From Eledone cirrhosa (taxonomy: Eukaryota): DNA of 64,000 nucleotides. The position numbers and the translations under genes are program-made. The notes beneath the pieces are model-generated. The model worked only from the letters and a program-made list of their open reading frames with translations, was not told the origin of the DNA and did not search any database. Position 1 is the stretch's first letter, and each line of letters begins with the position of its first letter. Location of the stretch: the NCBI GenBank assembly GCA_964016885.1, contig OZ024743.1, positions 255,626,001-255,690,000 of the forward strand. The letters run 5' to 3'. Below are positions 24,545-38,884 of this stretch, piece after piece.

Positions 24545-26199
24545 CACACATTATCATCATCATCACCATTATGTCCGTTTTTCCATGCTGTGCATCTCAC
24601 AGAGTCTAAAACTGACACTCGAAAAGTAAGTACACCAATGGAATAAGGCTATAACTAGAGAGGTTTATTGATACCCATTTTAAACATTAAAGAAGAATTA
24701 AAACATCCCAGGTATGCTACCCAAACTGACTGCTATTTCTAACTGTATGGTAGACAACCATAAGGAATGCTCTCTGTGTTGTCAGTAATGCTCATGTTTC
24801 ATAGCCAGCTCCTCCTTGGATTTGAATACTGGTTTACACACCCACTCACACATTTATATATAATTATACATATCTATATCTTTATATATTATAAAAGATT
24901 GGAAATCCTATCATCCTTTTGAAAAACATGGACCAGTCATGTCTATACAATGGCACACACATAACAGTCAGGTGGATAATGAACCATCTACTAGAGCTAA
25001 CTATTCTTGGAGGAAATCAATCATCAAGGAGAAAATGATTTATTCCCAAGATTCCTCTTATCCTTTCCTCTACTAAGCTGTTGTTTCAAATTCTCAATAC
25101 TTCAGTTCCCTGCTATGACCATAAACAAAGTTCAGGGTCTGAGTTTCAAAGTTGTAGGAATGAATATGAGAGAATAGGTTTTTACCCATGGACAATTATA
25201 TGTAGCTTGTTCATGAGTGGGAACACCTAGAAATCTTATATATATCTCTCTATATATATATATAATTGTGTTTCCCCAGCATGGCCTCAGCCTGGAACAC
25301 ATAATAGAGTAATATATATACAAACAAATACACACAAATATATAAACATATATATAGTATTGTATTAGCTGCATTATAATAATGATTCATTCATGCCATT
25401 TAATTATTTTTCAGATATATTCTTTAATATTGGTCTTATTTCCCTCTCTTCCTATCTCTCATATTAATTTATATTGTTTAATGATGCTCGGTATGCTTTA
25501 TTACAACTTAGTTATCAATTATAAACACACATACTCAGACACATGCATACATCAATTAGCTCTAAACTGAAAGAGATGTAATGCCCTCCATCATATACAT
25601 GTCAATCTTAACAAGCTGGTGTTTCTAATTGAGCTGAAATATGCAAATAATTTCCAATTCTAATATATACCAGATTTCGATACATGTATGTGTGCGTGTG
25701 TATAAACTAGCTACATGTAAACAAAACGTCATACAAATATACCATCATCATCACTGTCATTTATTGTCCGTTTTCTCTGCTAGGAAGGGTTGGTGGGCCT
25801 ACAAAGATAAACTCAGTATTAGAGAGGTGGCTACTGATCTCCCAGAAAAGCCAGTGATTTGTCGTCTCACTTATTAACAGTCTCACATTCTAATGAGTGC
25901 ACAGGGGAGGTTGTAATTACACAATTCAGGGTCATCCCAAAACCTTTGTTTGACAAGCTTTCTAAAATTGGATGCCTTTCCTATCATCAACCACTTTAAC
26001 CATGTACTGAATATGTTTGTGTAGATCACCAGACACTAGGAAGGCTGTCATGACTTGACATGACTGAAGGGCCCTCCCAAACCTTTGTTAGGCTATCTAC
26101 AGCCCTTCCAATCACCAACCACCAGTACCAGGTAGCTAAATGAGCAGCTAGGTGACAGGTAAATATAACTCAGAAAGAAGCTGAAGAAAAAAGTTTGCC

Positions 26200-26885
26200 A
26201 ATGTCTTGCAACACGATGATCAGGGATGTGAAATGTTCTCATTACTATGCAGAGTGTCAGATTGAATTAAGATGTTGTTGGGGAAACGTGTGTTAGAAAT
26301 GACACTGGTGCACTTAGCACCATATATGCTCAAAAGAAAGAGGCCTGGAAATATTACTATGAGATGTTGATGAATGTAGAGAATGAATGGGAAGAGAAGA
26401 CACTACCCACAACCTACCCCAAAAAGGGACCAGCAATTGAAATTGACAGTTTTTAGAGTCAAAGAAGCAATCAAGGAGATGAAGAATGGTAAAGTCGTGG
26501 GACATTCAGAGATAGTTGATGAGATGCTAAAAGCCTCATGAAAAGTAGAATCTGAACTAGTAGTCTTCCTAGTCAATCAGGTAATATGGAACAGAGTCAT
26601 CCACAATGACATGTGCAGCAGTAAAATCATAAATTGCTACACAGGTAAATGTGATACTCTAGAGAGGAGTAACTAGAGAGCAATAAAACTGATGGGCCAA
26701 GATATGTAAGTAATTGAAAAAGTTCTAGCACAGCTAATTAGGGAATTAGTCAAATTAGATGAGAATTGGTTCGGTTTTATGCCGGGAAATCTATGACAGA
26801 TACTCTCCTCTTAGTGGGACAACTCTAAGAAAAGTTCCTAGCTAAGAATAAACAACTATATTTAGCTTTTGTTGATCTAGAAAAC
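26200..26885 (+). mobile_element. Decayed RTE LINE fragment
   Basis: Remnants of EGPAIEID, EAIKEMKNGK, INCY.GK, QLIRE, LYLAFVDLEK with stops. Confidence 0.75.
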
Positions 26886-26984
26886 AATTTTTTAAGGGGA
26901 AACCATAAAAAGTTATTTCTGAAAAATTAATATACACAGAACTCATTGGCCATTGAGATGGACTCGAGCAGTTTTGACCCTTAC

Positions 26985-27040
26985 CAACGGTACTTCTGGT
27001 CCATTCGGAGTCACAGCATCTGGCATAAGCCAAACACTCT
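26985..27040 (-). other. Candidate 56-nt host exon
   Basis: Minus strand: tgttttgtctctcgtctcttactccacTAG|agagtg...ccgttg|GTAAGG; GC-richer than flanks; two open frames (SVWLMPDAVTPNGPEVPL or ECLAYARCCDSEWTRSTV). Confidence 0.4.
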
Positions 27041-27928
27041 CTAGTGGAGTAAGAGACGAGAGACAAAACATTAATTTATAGCTGTTAAGTTAAAAAACAT
27101 AAAATTTTGTGTGATGTCAAGGAAAATATCTGGCGCCTCATAGCAGGAGACATGAATAAAACAAAGAAAAAAAGGAAGAAGAAAGAAAAGGAAAGAAAAT
27201 CAAGAAGAAGAAAGTAAGATATCCTGTTAGAAAATATAAGCCATTGCAATAATATATATATGTATAATAGCATAGTACCCAATAATGTAGTGTATTGTAA
27301 AATAATATTTTATTTAATAATTCCTTGAATTCAACATTCTAAATGAAGATTCTTAAATTAAATCACTGAGATTTCTTTGACCTTCGTAATCATCATCATC
27401 ATCAACATCACCACCACCACCACCACCACCTTCTTCTTCTTCTTCTTCTTCTTCTTCTTCTTCTTCTTCTTCTTTATTTTAATTCTAACTTTTAACATTT
27501 TGATTTCATACCCTGTTTTCATTCTCTCTCCCATTTTCACCCTCACTGTATCCTTTGTTCTTTGGCTATATAATTTCATTCACCAACATTTAGTTGACAA
27601 GGGATTATCTGTTTTAGAATATGTACATCATCTCCTTGTATAATGTAAAAAGAGACTAAATGGGCTTAACATTCGGAAGGTCTTCAGGCTGTAAAATGTT
27701 ACTTCAATAAGTCACCTCCAACCCTGTTAGCACAGAAAAGTCAACATAAAAACCATAATAATGACACTATGTTAAGACACTTCTCCCAAGCTGCCACATA
27801 CTGAGTTCAAAACTGAAAACTTGTGGTTTATGAAATACAATTCTTAACCACTCCAGTAATTTAAGTTTAATAATTTAAATAATGATTTGTCCCCTGTCAA
27901 CCTAATTTCACTCAGAAGCATTTAGTTG

Positions 27929-28128
27929 NNNNNNNNNNNNNNNNNNNNNNNNNNNNNNNNNNNNNNNNNNNNNNNNNNNNNNNNNNNNNNNNNNNNNNNN
28001 NNNNNNNNNNNNNNNNNNNNNNNNNNNNNNNNNNNNNNNNNNNNNNNNNNNNNNNNNNNNNNNNNNNNNNNNNNNNNNNNNNNNNNNNNNNNNNNNNNNN
28101 NNNNNNNNNNNNNNNNNNNNNNNNNNNN
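27929..28128. other. Assembly gap (200 N)
   Basis: Run of n. Confidence 1.
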
Positions 28129-30635
28129 CCTACATGCAAATTGTAGATAATATATAATAAATAAAATTGTTAAGTTATATTTAATAAATAACATAATATA
28201 TACTATATATAAATAAATATTATATATTTTATATTTTAATATATATCAATATCATTTAATATTAAATATACTATTATATCATCTCTACCGCCGCGCCTCC
28301 TTAGACACCAGGGCCCCCTGGGCCTTCTCAATGCTCCATGGGGGGGGGGGGGGGTAGCACCCACTTTAAGAACTGCTGGTATAGGGAATAATTTGGGTTT
28401 TCTCATTTTAGATGTGGTTTCATATGGAACATATTCAGAGTTCAACAGATTTTTTAATTTTTGAAAAAATATTCTTTGACTATGTTTGATAAATTAGGAT
28501 GATGGCAATACATATTGATAACCACACTTTTAAAACTACATAAGATTTAAGCCCTCTATATGTGATGACATCAGAGGAAAGACAGCTCCCATAGATTTTG
28601 ATATGGCCTTTTACTAGGTATAAAGACAAACGAGAACAAGATTTGAACTCAAACTACTATAAAGTCATGTAACTGCCATACTAATACTTGTCATTTCAAC
28701 TGTATAATCAGAATGAGATAGGTGAGTCGAGTGTATTTTTGATAATATAATCTACATGACAGTTCATATCTAATTCTAAGTATTTCTTTAATGTTTCTTT
28801 GGAGGGCACTTAATTCTATGTGGCCTCAATTTATTTACCTGGATGAGATGGATTGCAAGGATCTACAATGGAAAGATTTCTAATACATGCATGATGCCTC
28901 TCCAGAGAAGGAATGTTATCTGTCTTTGATCTAGTGCTACAGTGATTCCAGTTGAACATTAATTCTAGGGATAATTGCAGTTTCTCAAGAAAGTTAATAT
29001 ACCTTACATTTTCTATAATTGAGCACTGCATTATGTCATCATCATCATCATCATCATGGACATTAAACGATGATGATGATGATGATACTGATGACATAAT
29101 GCAGTGCTTATGAAACTTATTTTGTCATGGAACCATTACATAATTTTCGAAAACATCACAGTACCTCACCTATATTGCAGGACCCCCCCCCCCCCATCTC
29201 TAGTCCTAATAAGATATTAACCGGTTCAATTATAATCAGCTGGTGACCACCTTTGATTCTCTGATATGAAATTCCTCATAAATTGGTTATATTTATCTGA
29301 AGTATTCCATCATAATTTCAGGTAAAAACATTTTATGTTATTTTTCAAACAGTGGCATAATAATGATAAAGCTGGTTATATTACTAAATACATCTACATT
29401 CTTGATTATTTTCAAAATTATTTGAAAATCATAGACAATATCTTATGTTGGAAATACAGAAATGAAAGGGTTAAATTGCCTATATCTATCTAAAATATTT
29501 CAATCATAATTTTATGTAAAAAACCTTTTTTATGTTCTAAACACCAGCTGAAATAGTGACTAAGTTAGTTATTTTTTACTAAATCCACCTAAGTTCCTTG
29601 TTATTTTCAAAATTAATTGAAACATATAGGTATTTTACCATATATGAAATATGGTCACAGAATACTTAAATGAAACACAATTCTTTTAGAAGCAGAATAT
29701 ATTCATTAAAATAGAAACAAAAACTTTATAATAAACTTATTAAAAAACATCATCTCATGAAATCAATAGTATATTCTCTCAGAATACATTTGATGATGTG
29801 GAATAATTCAAAGCAGGATTTAGCATAATAGTGTTTTATAAATATAGAGATTAGAGTTATCTCTCTTATGTCTTAGAGTTATCTCTGTCATGGAGTTTCA
29901 TATGGAACAGGATGGTCAAAGCTTTACAGTTGTTTTGGATTTTTAAAAAATATTTTACAACCACATACGATAAATGGTTGTGATATTGATGTATATTCAA
30001 AAACCACACCTTCAAGACTGCATAAGATGCATGTTCATTGTATGTACTATAACCATTTTTATACAGAACCAGAAAAATACCACAATGCATTACCCAGCAT
30101 TCTAACAAGGATCTCTATTCACCTCCCTGGAATGGTACTTTATTTTAAGGATCCCAGAACAATGAAATATAAAGTTGACCACTGAGATTTGAATTCAGAA
30201 TATAAAGAGCTGAAACATATTCGAAAATGTATCGTGTCCATTGCTTTAACAATGCTTCTGCCATTCCATCACCTTGGACTGTTACTTTATTTTATTGATC
30301 CTAGAAGCAGGGCCATCTCATACCATCAAAGACACCCAGGCAAAGTAATGCATTGGAGCCACTTCATACTCACCCACAACATACATGAAAGAGAATTGGG
30401 CCCCCAAGCAACTCCCTTGTGTGTTTATGCCTTAACTCTTCCATAACTATTTTTCTAATTTATTGCACTTAATTAATGAAGAAGATTGAGAAATTTACTA
30501 AAATTATTAGTTATTTTATTTAGTTTCTTATATAAAATTATGCTGGAATTTTTAATTTTATATAGGAACTTTTTAAAATGGGTAGGTTTGTTTTATAGAA
30601 CTAGAAATGGTTTTGAATTGGTTTGTATCAAAATG

Positions 30636-30978
30636 TTAACATAATTCCCAGGCAGAATCAATGTAACAGATAAAGTGATAAAGCTGGTTGAATGAATTAC
30701 AGGTACAGCTCATCTTGTATTATTGTGTAAGTGGTTGAGTATACCACAGACACATGTACCCTTAACATAATTCACCAAGCAGAATCAAAGTAACACAGTC
30801 AGTGACATGGCCGCTTCCATGAATTATAAGTACAGCATATTTTGTATTATTGTGTAAGTGGTTGAGTATTCAACAGGCTCTTATACCCTTTACACAATTC
30901 TCAAGCAAAATCAATGTAAAAGATTAAGTGTCTAGGCTGGTTCTATGAATTGCAGGTAAACTTCAACTTGTATTATTG
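30636..30978 (+). repeat. ~126-bp tandem repeat, about 3 diverged units (related sequence at ~47900-48040)
   Basis: ttaacataattc..agaatca..gtattattgtgtaagtggttgagta recurs at 30636, 30762, ~30889. Confidence 0.75.
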
Positions 30979-31317
30979 GAATAAATATAAAACTGCACTA
31001 CTAAGAAGAATAAAAGGGAAAGCTAACCATAGCAGAATTTGAACTCAGAATGTAAAGAGCTGCAACAAACTTAAGAAATTTCATCCCATACTCTAGGAAT
31101 GATTTCAACAATTCACTGTTCTTTGTAAAGAATATGTCAATCTGAATGATTTATCAATTTTTTTTTGTTTCTATTTTGTCTGGTATTCTGGTTGTTTTTG
31201 CTGTTTGTTACAAGAAATTTCTGTTAAATATTTTGTTGTATATCATAATTATGTCTGCCTCTAACAATATATCGTAAAGTTAAAGTGTTCTTGGTGTTAA
31301 ACTAGAAGCGAAGCATG

Positions 31318-31350
<33 letters not shown>

Positions 31351-31438
31351 CGCACACATTTTTATACTCTTATATACATATGTATGTATATATATATATA
31401 TATAAATATGTATGTATATATATATATATATAAATATG

Positions 31439-31479
<41 letters not shown>

Positions 31480-31847
31480 GCACACACACACCCACATGCA
31501 CACACACACACTCTCATATGCAATTATCACCGACAGCAGAGTTAGTGAATAATGCACTGTTATTTACATTTGATAGCTTTTCCATGCTAACAGTTCACAT
31601 TTATTTAATTATATATTTAGATTTTGTAAGTTTTTGCCTAATTTTATTTCCTCATAAAACCAACATTGGAATTTACTTAGTTCATCATTTCCACCTCCTA
31701 CACTGGCCCACTTCCCCTTTTCTGTTGTAACAAGTAAATTTACTTTGTATGTCTATCTCTTATCAGTACTATCATTCCTGTTGCTATCAATGCATCGGGT
31801 GCAACTGCTGTTTATCATTGTAACTATTATAATTATGAGTGTGATAT

Positions 31848-32040
31848 GGTGGTGGATTACTAGTATCGGTAGAGGGTCGGACACCATGCTTTGCAGCATA
31901 GAGTTACGCCCCTTTACAGTATGAGTTCAAATTCCGCCAAGGTTAACTTTGCCTTTCATCCTTACGGGGTCGATAAAATAAAGTACTAGTAATGTACTGA
32001 GATAATTGCTGACCTTGTGCCAAAAATAGAAACAATTATT
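31848..32040 (+). mobile_element. Full-length SINE (Meta/MESC-like) with 16-bp TSD
   Basis: attatgagtgtgatat at 31832-31847 and 32038-32053. Confidence 0.9.
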
Positions 32041-32505
32041 ATGAGTGTGATATCTTAGTCATTGATGTTATTTAACTAGGAAAACTGCTCAAATAAGCAG
32101 CAAACTGCTTCAGATATTCAGAACATATTGGAGGGTCCTTGTTATTCGAAGTAGGCATGCCTTTTAAATTGTTCAAAAAAGGGTGACTGGGCTAATGGTC
32201 TTTAGACAGGCTTGGAAACTCTTCAAGATAGTACCAAGTGCTCCTATGATGAAGAGGACGACCTTGATCTCATGACAGTCCCAAATACTTTTCAGATCCC
32301 ACTTTAGATCCTTCTTTTTTTTCATGCTTGAGTCAAAGGGGCAAGCTACATCTGTAATCAAGGCAAATCTTCTTTCTTGTTAAAAACCATTAAATCAGGC
32401 CTATTGTGTTCTAATTTTTTATGTTTGTATCTTGAAATCACACAACACATTCACCCAATTGTTCTGTATCACTGACTCTGGCTTATGCTCATAACATTTA
32501 TCAGA
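32041..32505 (-). mobile_element. R4/Dong-clade RLE retrotransposon 3' fragment (decayed)
   Basis: RPD..ITDVACPFD..DLK..IW..VV.FIIGALGTI RLE C-terminus; adjacent (ATT)n. Confidence 0.7.
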
Positions 32506-32753
32506 TTATTATTATTATTATTATTATTATTATTGAATGCTATGGTTGACGGAGGCTCGGCTCTGTAAGGTATTGCAAATGTTGACCGCTAAAACAATTG
32601 TAAATTGTTTAAAACTTTAACCAACTTGTAGACAAAAACACCCTCCTCCTCGTGAGAGGGGTCTTTCTGCCCGTTATTTGGCCCTTCGGGGTTAAATAAC
32701 CGCTTATTGGGGTTTTGTGCCCAATATTTATTTTAAACAAAAAAAAAAAAGGC

Positions 32754-34930
32754 ATGGCTACGAAAAAGAATTTTCATAGGTCACTCCCACTCATTCCGTC
32801 TTCTTCTTCCTCAATCGTCACTACAGCAGAGAGAAGATTGTCTCTCTCCCTCCCTTCTCTTTCGCAAGCGACGCCAGAAAAGAAAAATCACGTGCGAAGC
32901 GTGCAAGATTTCTCCACGACGACGACGACAACGACGAAAAAGGTGTGCGGGAAATACGAAAACCCATTTCATTCGTCTGACGTCAGGAATAATAGCAGTA
33001 GCAGCCGTAATAACAGCAGCAGCAGCAACAGTGACAAGGAAAACAACAGTAGCAGCCGCAACAGCATCAGCAGCAGCATAAACAACAACAGCATTAGCAG
33101 CAACAACAACAGCAGCAGCAGCAACAACAACAACAACCACAGCAACAGCGGCGCCAGCAGTAGTCGTAGTACCTGCAGCAACAACAAAAGTAACAGCAGC
33201 TCTGACGACAACAACAACAACAACAATAGCAGCAAAGAAAAACCAATCTCGTTTGCAGGTATCGCAAAGAACCTGGAAACCATCCTCATAACAAATGAGG
33301 AATTAGAGGAAGCGAAGAAGATGATGACGAAAACCGGACACCGAGCAATCTGCAAGGCAGCCGGAAAATTTTTCGAAACCCAACAGCACTGTACGGTCAC
33401 GTACCGTACAGTAAACACAAAATCCCGTAAGGTTGAAACAGCCACAGAGGCTCAAATACAAAAAGCCTTAGGGTCTGTGTGGCAGCGGAAAACGCACATC
33501 ACCCGAGGCAAGAAATATGCCACCGTAGACGTGCTTTTTGCCACACCCCTGGAGGCAAAGGCTCAATCCTTAGTGACCCTAAGGAGCGTGGAAATGGTGT
33601 TGGTGCCCTCCTACTGCGGGCAAAAAATTGTGAGCGTCAAACTGACCCACTCCCCCCGGGGATGGCCCCTTCTTGGCTGGCCGCGTCTGTCCTCGTCGGA
33701 ATCGAGGACAAAACAACTGTACTGCAAGTACAGAAAAAAATAAGAGAAGATTGGGTCGGCACCTCCATTGAGATGTTAATCCAAACCAACCAGGAGTGCA
33801 TCGAAGCTATCCCGGATGTGATAGACTTCGATAACGGCACTGAACTGCCCATAAGTGTTGAGGGCAAACGCCCGAAATGCTTTGGCTGTGGATCGAAGAC
33901 TCACCTCAGGGCCTTCTGCAACGAGAAGACCCTTAGTAAGGAGAAAACCCCCCCTCCTTCCGAAACCGGCTCCACGGCTACCAGCAACAGGACAAGCGGC
34001 AACCAGGAACGATAGGTCCGTGCCACCCATACCCACGCCACGGAAATCAAGAACAGCAGCAGCAGTGGAAGTATTAACAACAACAACAGCAATACCAAAT
34101 GCGGCTGCAACAAAGACTCCACTGCAAACATCACCAACAACAACAAGTGAAAGAGTGGAGCCGGAACCTCTCCCCGACCTCACAGAATCAGACATGGAGT
34201 GTGAGGTTAGAGAGGGATGGCAAAAGGTCGTAAGAAGGCACAAACGCAGGAGCAGCGCATCGTCGCCTTCGAAAAGGGAGGAAAGAAAGGAAAAAATGGT
34301 AAAGGCTACTGCAAAGAGACTCACAGCAGCAACACCACCAACACCATCACCACCCACACTAGCACCATCATCACCACCAGCGACAACCCCACCACCAACA
34401 ACAACAACACCTTCAACACCACCACCACAAGCACCAACACCGCAAACACAACAACAAAACACACACGCCCAGCAACAACGACAAGAAAATAGCAGAACCA
34501 CACTCCACCCCCAGAAAAACAAATGCACGGCAATAAATACACACAACAAGAAACTAATGACTTACATAATTGAACACACAGACATTTCACAGCACGACTA
34601 CATAATACCAGCACCAATCAAAACGCCAACGAACATAAGACTGCTAAAAATAGCACAGAAACAATACACAAACATTAAAACGAAATTCCCCAAGGCAGTT
34701 GGTGATTTCAGAGACCTAGGAGGGACGCTCAACCGGAGAGTATATTCGGAGATACTCATAGAAGAGCCGACGACCAGCCGAAGGGACGATTCAACGGTCC
34801 CTTCACCAGACGATCAAGTGAAAAGGGATGGAGAAACCATCCTTCCTCTACGAAAAGTACGGTAAGTGGTCTTTCCCATCTTTTCCACTCTATTTTAAAC
34901 ATGACCTCACTCAGAATAGGGAGCATAAAT
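32754..34930 (+). pseudogene. Tx1 ORF1 (gag-like, CFGCGSKTHLRAFC zinc knuckle, S/N- and T/P-rich linkers), frameshifted
   Basis: Overlapping ORFs 32715-33743, 33479-34015, 33855-34865 join through frameshifts at C-runs. Confidence 0.7.
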
Positions 34931-37900
34931 GCGCGTGGCTTGGGGTCGTCATGGAAGCAGGGTCACCTGCTCAACGACCTCAGTCACTAAACTTAGATGT
35001 AGTGGCCATCAGCGAGACCAGAATCTCCGAAGCACGAGCACGCACCGATCTTCGGCGGCTACGATGTGTACGCATCTCCCAGCCGTCCTGGATCGGGGGG
35101 ATGAGTTGCTGTGCTTTTTCGGAGAGGTTTGGATCTCGCCATACGGGCCATCTTCCTGGACCCAGAGGGTAAGTTGGTGGTGCTGGACGTGACCAACGGA
35201 GACGGGTAAGCTTTCAGGCTAGTGGCCGTCTATGCCCCTACAGGAGCAGGGCGGCCTGATTTCTTCCGGCGTCTGGAGACCTTTCTTGGAACGTCCCGCT
35301 CTTTAGTGTTAGTGGGCGACTGGAACGGGATCTTAGATGCACGCTGGGACTGTGTGGGATTAGCGGATAGGGGTGGAGGGTGCAAGAGCCTCACCAACCT
35401 GCTCTGGCGTTTTGAACTGTCTGACAGGTACCGATTGGATTTCCCGAATGTGCCAATGTGGACTTGGACAAATCTCATAGGGTCATCCAGATCATATCTA
35501 GATAGAGTATTTTGTAGGGAAATAGATAGGTCTAGCATAGGCTGTCCACAATTCAAGATAGTCAGCTACACGGACCACAAATTCGTGATCTGTGTGCTTG
35601 ACTTAGATAGGCTTAATAGACGAGGACCCGGCTACTGGAAGCTAAACGCGTCCTGACCAGCGCGCAAGGCCTACAGAGACCGGATTAGCGAACTAGTTAA
35701 GCGGGCGTTGACGGGGGCCATCGTCAACAACAAGTGGTGGTTTGCTCTGAAAAGAGCGATTAGAATAGAATCCATTAGATTTAGTAAGGCTTTAGCAATA
35801 GAGAAAAATAAAGCAGAGGGAGAACTAGTTAGAAAATTAGACGAGGCGCTTAGCAAAGGCATCGGGACCGACGTGCTTGCGGCGAAATTGGCCCTTGACC
35901 AATTCTTCAATGCAAAGCACGAAGGCTGCGTTGTCAGAGCTAGGGTGCGTGCTCTCAGATACGAGGGGACGAAAGCCGTTCAATGGGCCCGAGTGGTGGC
36001 GGCGCGTCGTGGCAACAAAGCCACGATCCGGTCTTTGGTGGACCACGACGGGCGCATGATACTCGATCACGGGCAAATGTGTGAAGCTTTTCAACGACAC
36101 TTCGCTCAGCTGTACGGGGGCAGCGGTGGGCCGGGTCGAGGGATGGACTTTAGTGTCTACCTCGACGGACTGCCGCGGCTCTCGGCCAGTGAGGCGGAGT
36201 GTTGCGAAAAGCCGATAACAGCCGCTGAAGTACGGGAGGCAATGACTGGCTGCACAAGGGGTACATCGCCTGGTTTGGATGGTCTGCCCTATGAACTTTA
36301 CGTACAGATGCCAGACTTGTTCGGAGGCCTCTTGGCGGACGTCTACTGCAACTGGCAACAGAACGGGAGAATTCCCAGCTCTGTGAGCCGAGGAGCGGTG
36401 GCACTGCTGAGAAGGGATCCGAACAAGGGGGATAACATAGATAATTTCAGGCCCATAACTCTGCTAAACACAGAGTTCAAGATTTTGGCCAAGGTGCTAG
36501 CAAAGAGGTTGGTGTTTGTCGTTGGTGGTCTGGTGGGAGAGGCGCAGACATGCGCCATTCCCGACAGATCCATCCACGACATTCTCCACCTCATGCGATA
36601 CATTGTAGAGAGAGTAGCTAGGGAACCTGGCACGGGTGGGTCCTTGATCAATTTAGATCAGTCGAAAGCTTTCGATAGGGTCGACCATCGTTACCTAGCG
36701 GCAGTCCTGAGGGCGGCTGGCTTTGGGCCCGTCTTCAGAGGCTGGATCGCTGCCATGCACAATGACATCTGCTCTGTGGTGAGAGTGAACGGTCACCTTT
36801 CGGAACCGTTCAACATCATGCGCTCGGTCCGCCAAGGATGTCCCCTCTCGTCCCTCTGGTACGTATTGACTCTCGAGCCATTACTTCACAAACTGGAGAC
36901 GTTGAGGGGGGTCCGCGCGAACTAGGATGCAGAAGATCTGTGTCTGCATATGCGGACGATGTGACCGTAGTGGTGTAGAACGCCAAACACATCGAGGCGA
37001 TCGGCACTACACTAAAAGAATACGAAGCGGTGACAGGAGCAATGATCAACCAGGAAAAGTCAGTGGGCCTGCAGCTCGGCACCTGGTGAGGCAGGTCCAT
37101 GCCGCCCAACAATGGACGGACGGACCGGTTAAATTGCTAGGGGTCTGGTTCGGTCCGGACCTCCAGACGGACAAAAACTGGGACGAGGTGACGAGCAGGG
37201 TGGCTTCTCTCACCCAGAAATGGGCGGAGAGGAAGCTATCCCTGAAAGGTCGAGCGGAGGTGGCTAACGCGTACATCGCGTCTGTCATCTGCTACCGCCT
37301 GACCGTCGTACCTTGTCCTAAGCCTCGCCTGACTGCGCTGGAGCGTTTGCTCTTTCGCTTTTTGTGGAAGGGACGTGCTCCGATGGTCAGGCGGTCCATC
37401 TGTTGTCAACACCCGCTACGTGGAGGGCTGGGCATGCCGTGGCTGATGATGCGCAGGCACGCGCTCAGGCTACGACATCTCCACCTCTTTCTCGACGGTG
37501 ATCAGGTGTGGTCGCCGTTTGCTAGGCGCGTATTTCCCCAGCTCGTTTCCTTGACGGAGCTGCAGTCCTGGGTCAAGCGAAGACCGAGAGGGAGCGCCTG
37601 GAGACTGGAATGTCTTCAGGCGCTCACAGCCCTCGACCAATCGGGCAATGTGATCGGTGGAAACTCCACCTCGGCGTTCTATAGAGGATTAGTGGAGGAT
37701 AAGAGCGACGACGTACTTGGGGAAACTCTAGGCGTCGACGAAAATCAACTAGCCAATCTCTTCGGAAGAACTTTCGGGCCGGGGCCTATGGACAACTTCC
37801 AGAAATCTCTGGCCTGGCAGTGCTACCGAGGAGCCTTGCCAGTTCGGGATAAACTCTACAGGCATGGAGGTGCCGTCAGCCGGGCATGTCCGAGATGCGC

Positions 37901-38303
37901 GCAGGGCGACGAAACCGTCCTGCACGCACTCGTCCAGTGTCCGAAAATTGCTGACTTGTGGGTTTATGTCGAACACCTGCTGTCGCGTTTAGGACGGATC
38001 CGGCTATCATCTGAGTCCATCGTGAGGATTGCCCCGCCCTCCTCCTTTAGCCGGGAAGGGCAGGCAGTTTTTATCTGTCTGGTGGCCATGGCGAAAGAGA
38101 TAGTATGGTGGACACGTTTGAAAGGGCTGAAGACGAGCACTTACCTCTTCGGTGATGCTCTGATTGACTTTTTCAAATTTCATTTGAAAAGGAAAATCAG
38201 AGTAGAGAGGGAAGTGCTCTCTTCCCAGCATTTTGTTGAAAGATGGGTGAGAGAAGCAAGAATGGCCCGAGTGAATGGGCCTACTCTGAGCATATATCTG
38301 TAA
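34929..38303 (+). pseudogene. Tx1 ORF2 (APE-RT-zinc finger) with several stops/frameshifts
   Basis: ORFs 34828-35172, 35222-35656, 35708-36925, 36927-38303. Confidence 0.9.
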
Positions 38304-38582
38304 ATTAAAGGTGGAAAACTGGGAGAGGGCACTTGCCTTGGTGGTCAGGGTCATTGTGGATTTTTACTGGGCTTTCTCCACAAATGTCCCTCCGAAGTCT
38401 CCCCCCTATTGGGGAATTTTTCATTGTTATTTTTTGTTACATCCTCTGTTTTTGTTTTTTACACGCAGAAATGCCCATTTGTACTGTCCTGCATTGTCCT
38501 GCACTGTCCTTAATGTCTACTTTATGAAAACCCTTGTGGTTAATAAAGAAATCATTATTATTATTATTATTGTTATTGTTAT

Positions 38583-38794
38583 TCCTTGAATCTCAGTCAT
38601 TGATGTTGGTTAACTGGAAAGTCCGTTGGATTGAATATCAAGCCACTACCTGCAGCCTCAGATATTCAGGACGTATCGGAGGGTTCTTGCTGTTCCAAGC
38701 AAGCATGCCTTTTGAAGCGTTCCAAAAAGCGTGAAGGGGCCGATTTTCTTTAACCATCCCTGGAAACCTTTGGAGATAGTCCCCAGTGCGCCTA

Positions 38795-38795
<1 letters not shown>
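38583..38795 (-). mobile_element. 5'-truncated R4/Dong element 3' end embedded in (TAA)n
   Basis: Minus strand encodes IGALGTISKGFQGWLRKIGPFTLFGTLQKACLLGTARTLRYVLNI*; (AAT)n on both sides. Confidence 0.75.
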
Positions 38796-38855
<60 letters not shown>

Positions 38856-38884
38856 GTTGTTGTTGTTTTTGTTTTTGTTGTATA

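Larger units (their letters stand above)
32534..38582 (+). mobile_element. Near full-length Tx1/L1-clade LINE flanked by (ATT)n
   Basis: ORF1 with CCHC knuckle; ORF2 APE (ISET, VYAP, GDWN, YLDR, TDH, GPGYWKLN), RT (LDQSKAFD, VRQGCPLS, AYADD), C-terminal CPRC..H...C; AATAAA then (ATT)n tail. Confidence 0.9.

Noticed and set aside
28290-28378. GC-rich patch ending cactttaagaactgctg, like a hAT MITE end
   Set aside because: Matching other end and TSD not found (next to the assembly gap)
30636-30978. Regularly spaced repeats resembling a CRISPR array
   Set aside because: Whole units are homologous with no unique spacers; eukaryotic context with no cas genes
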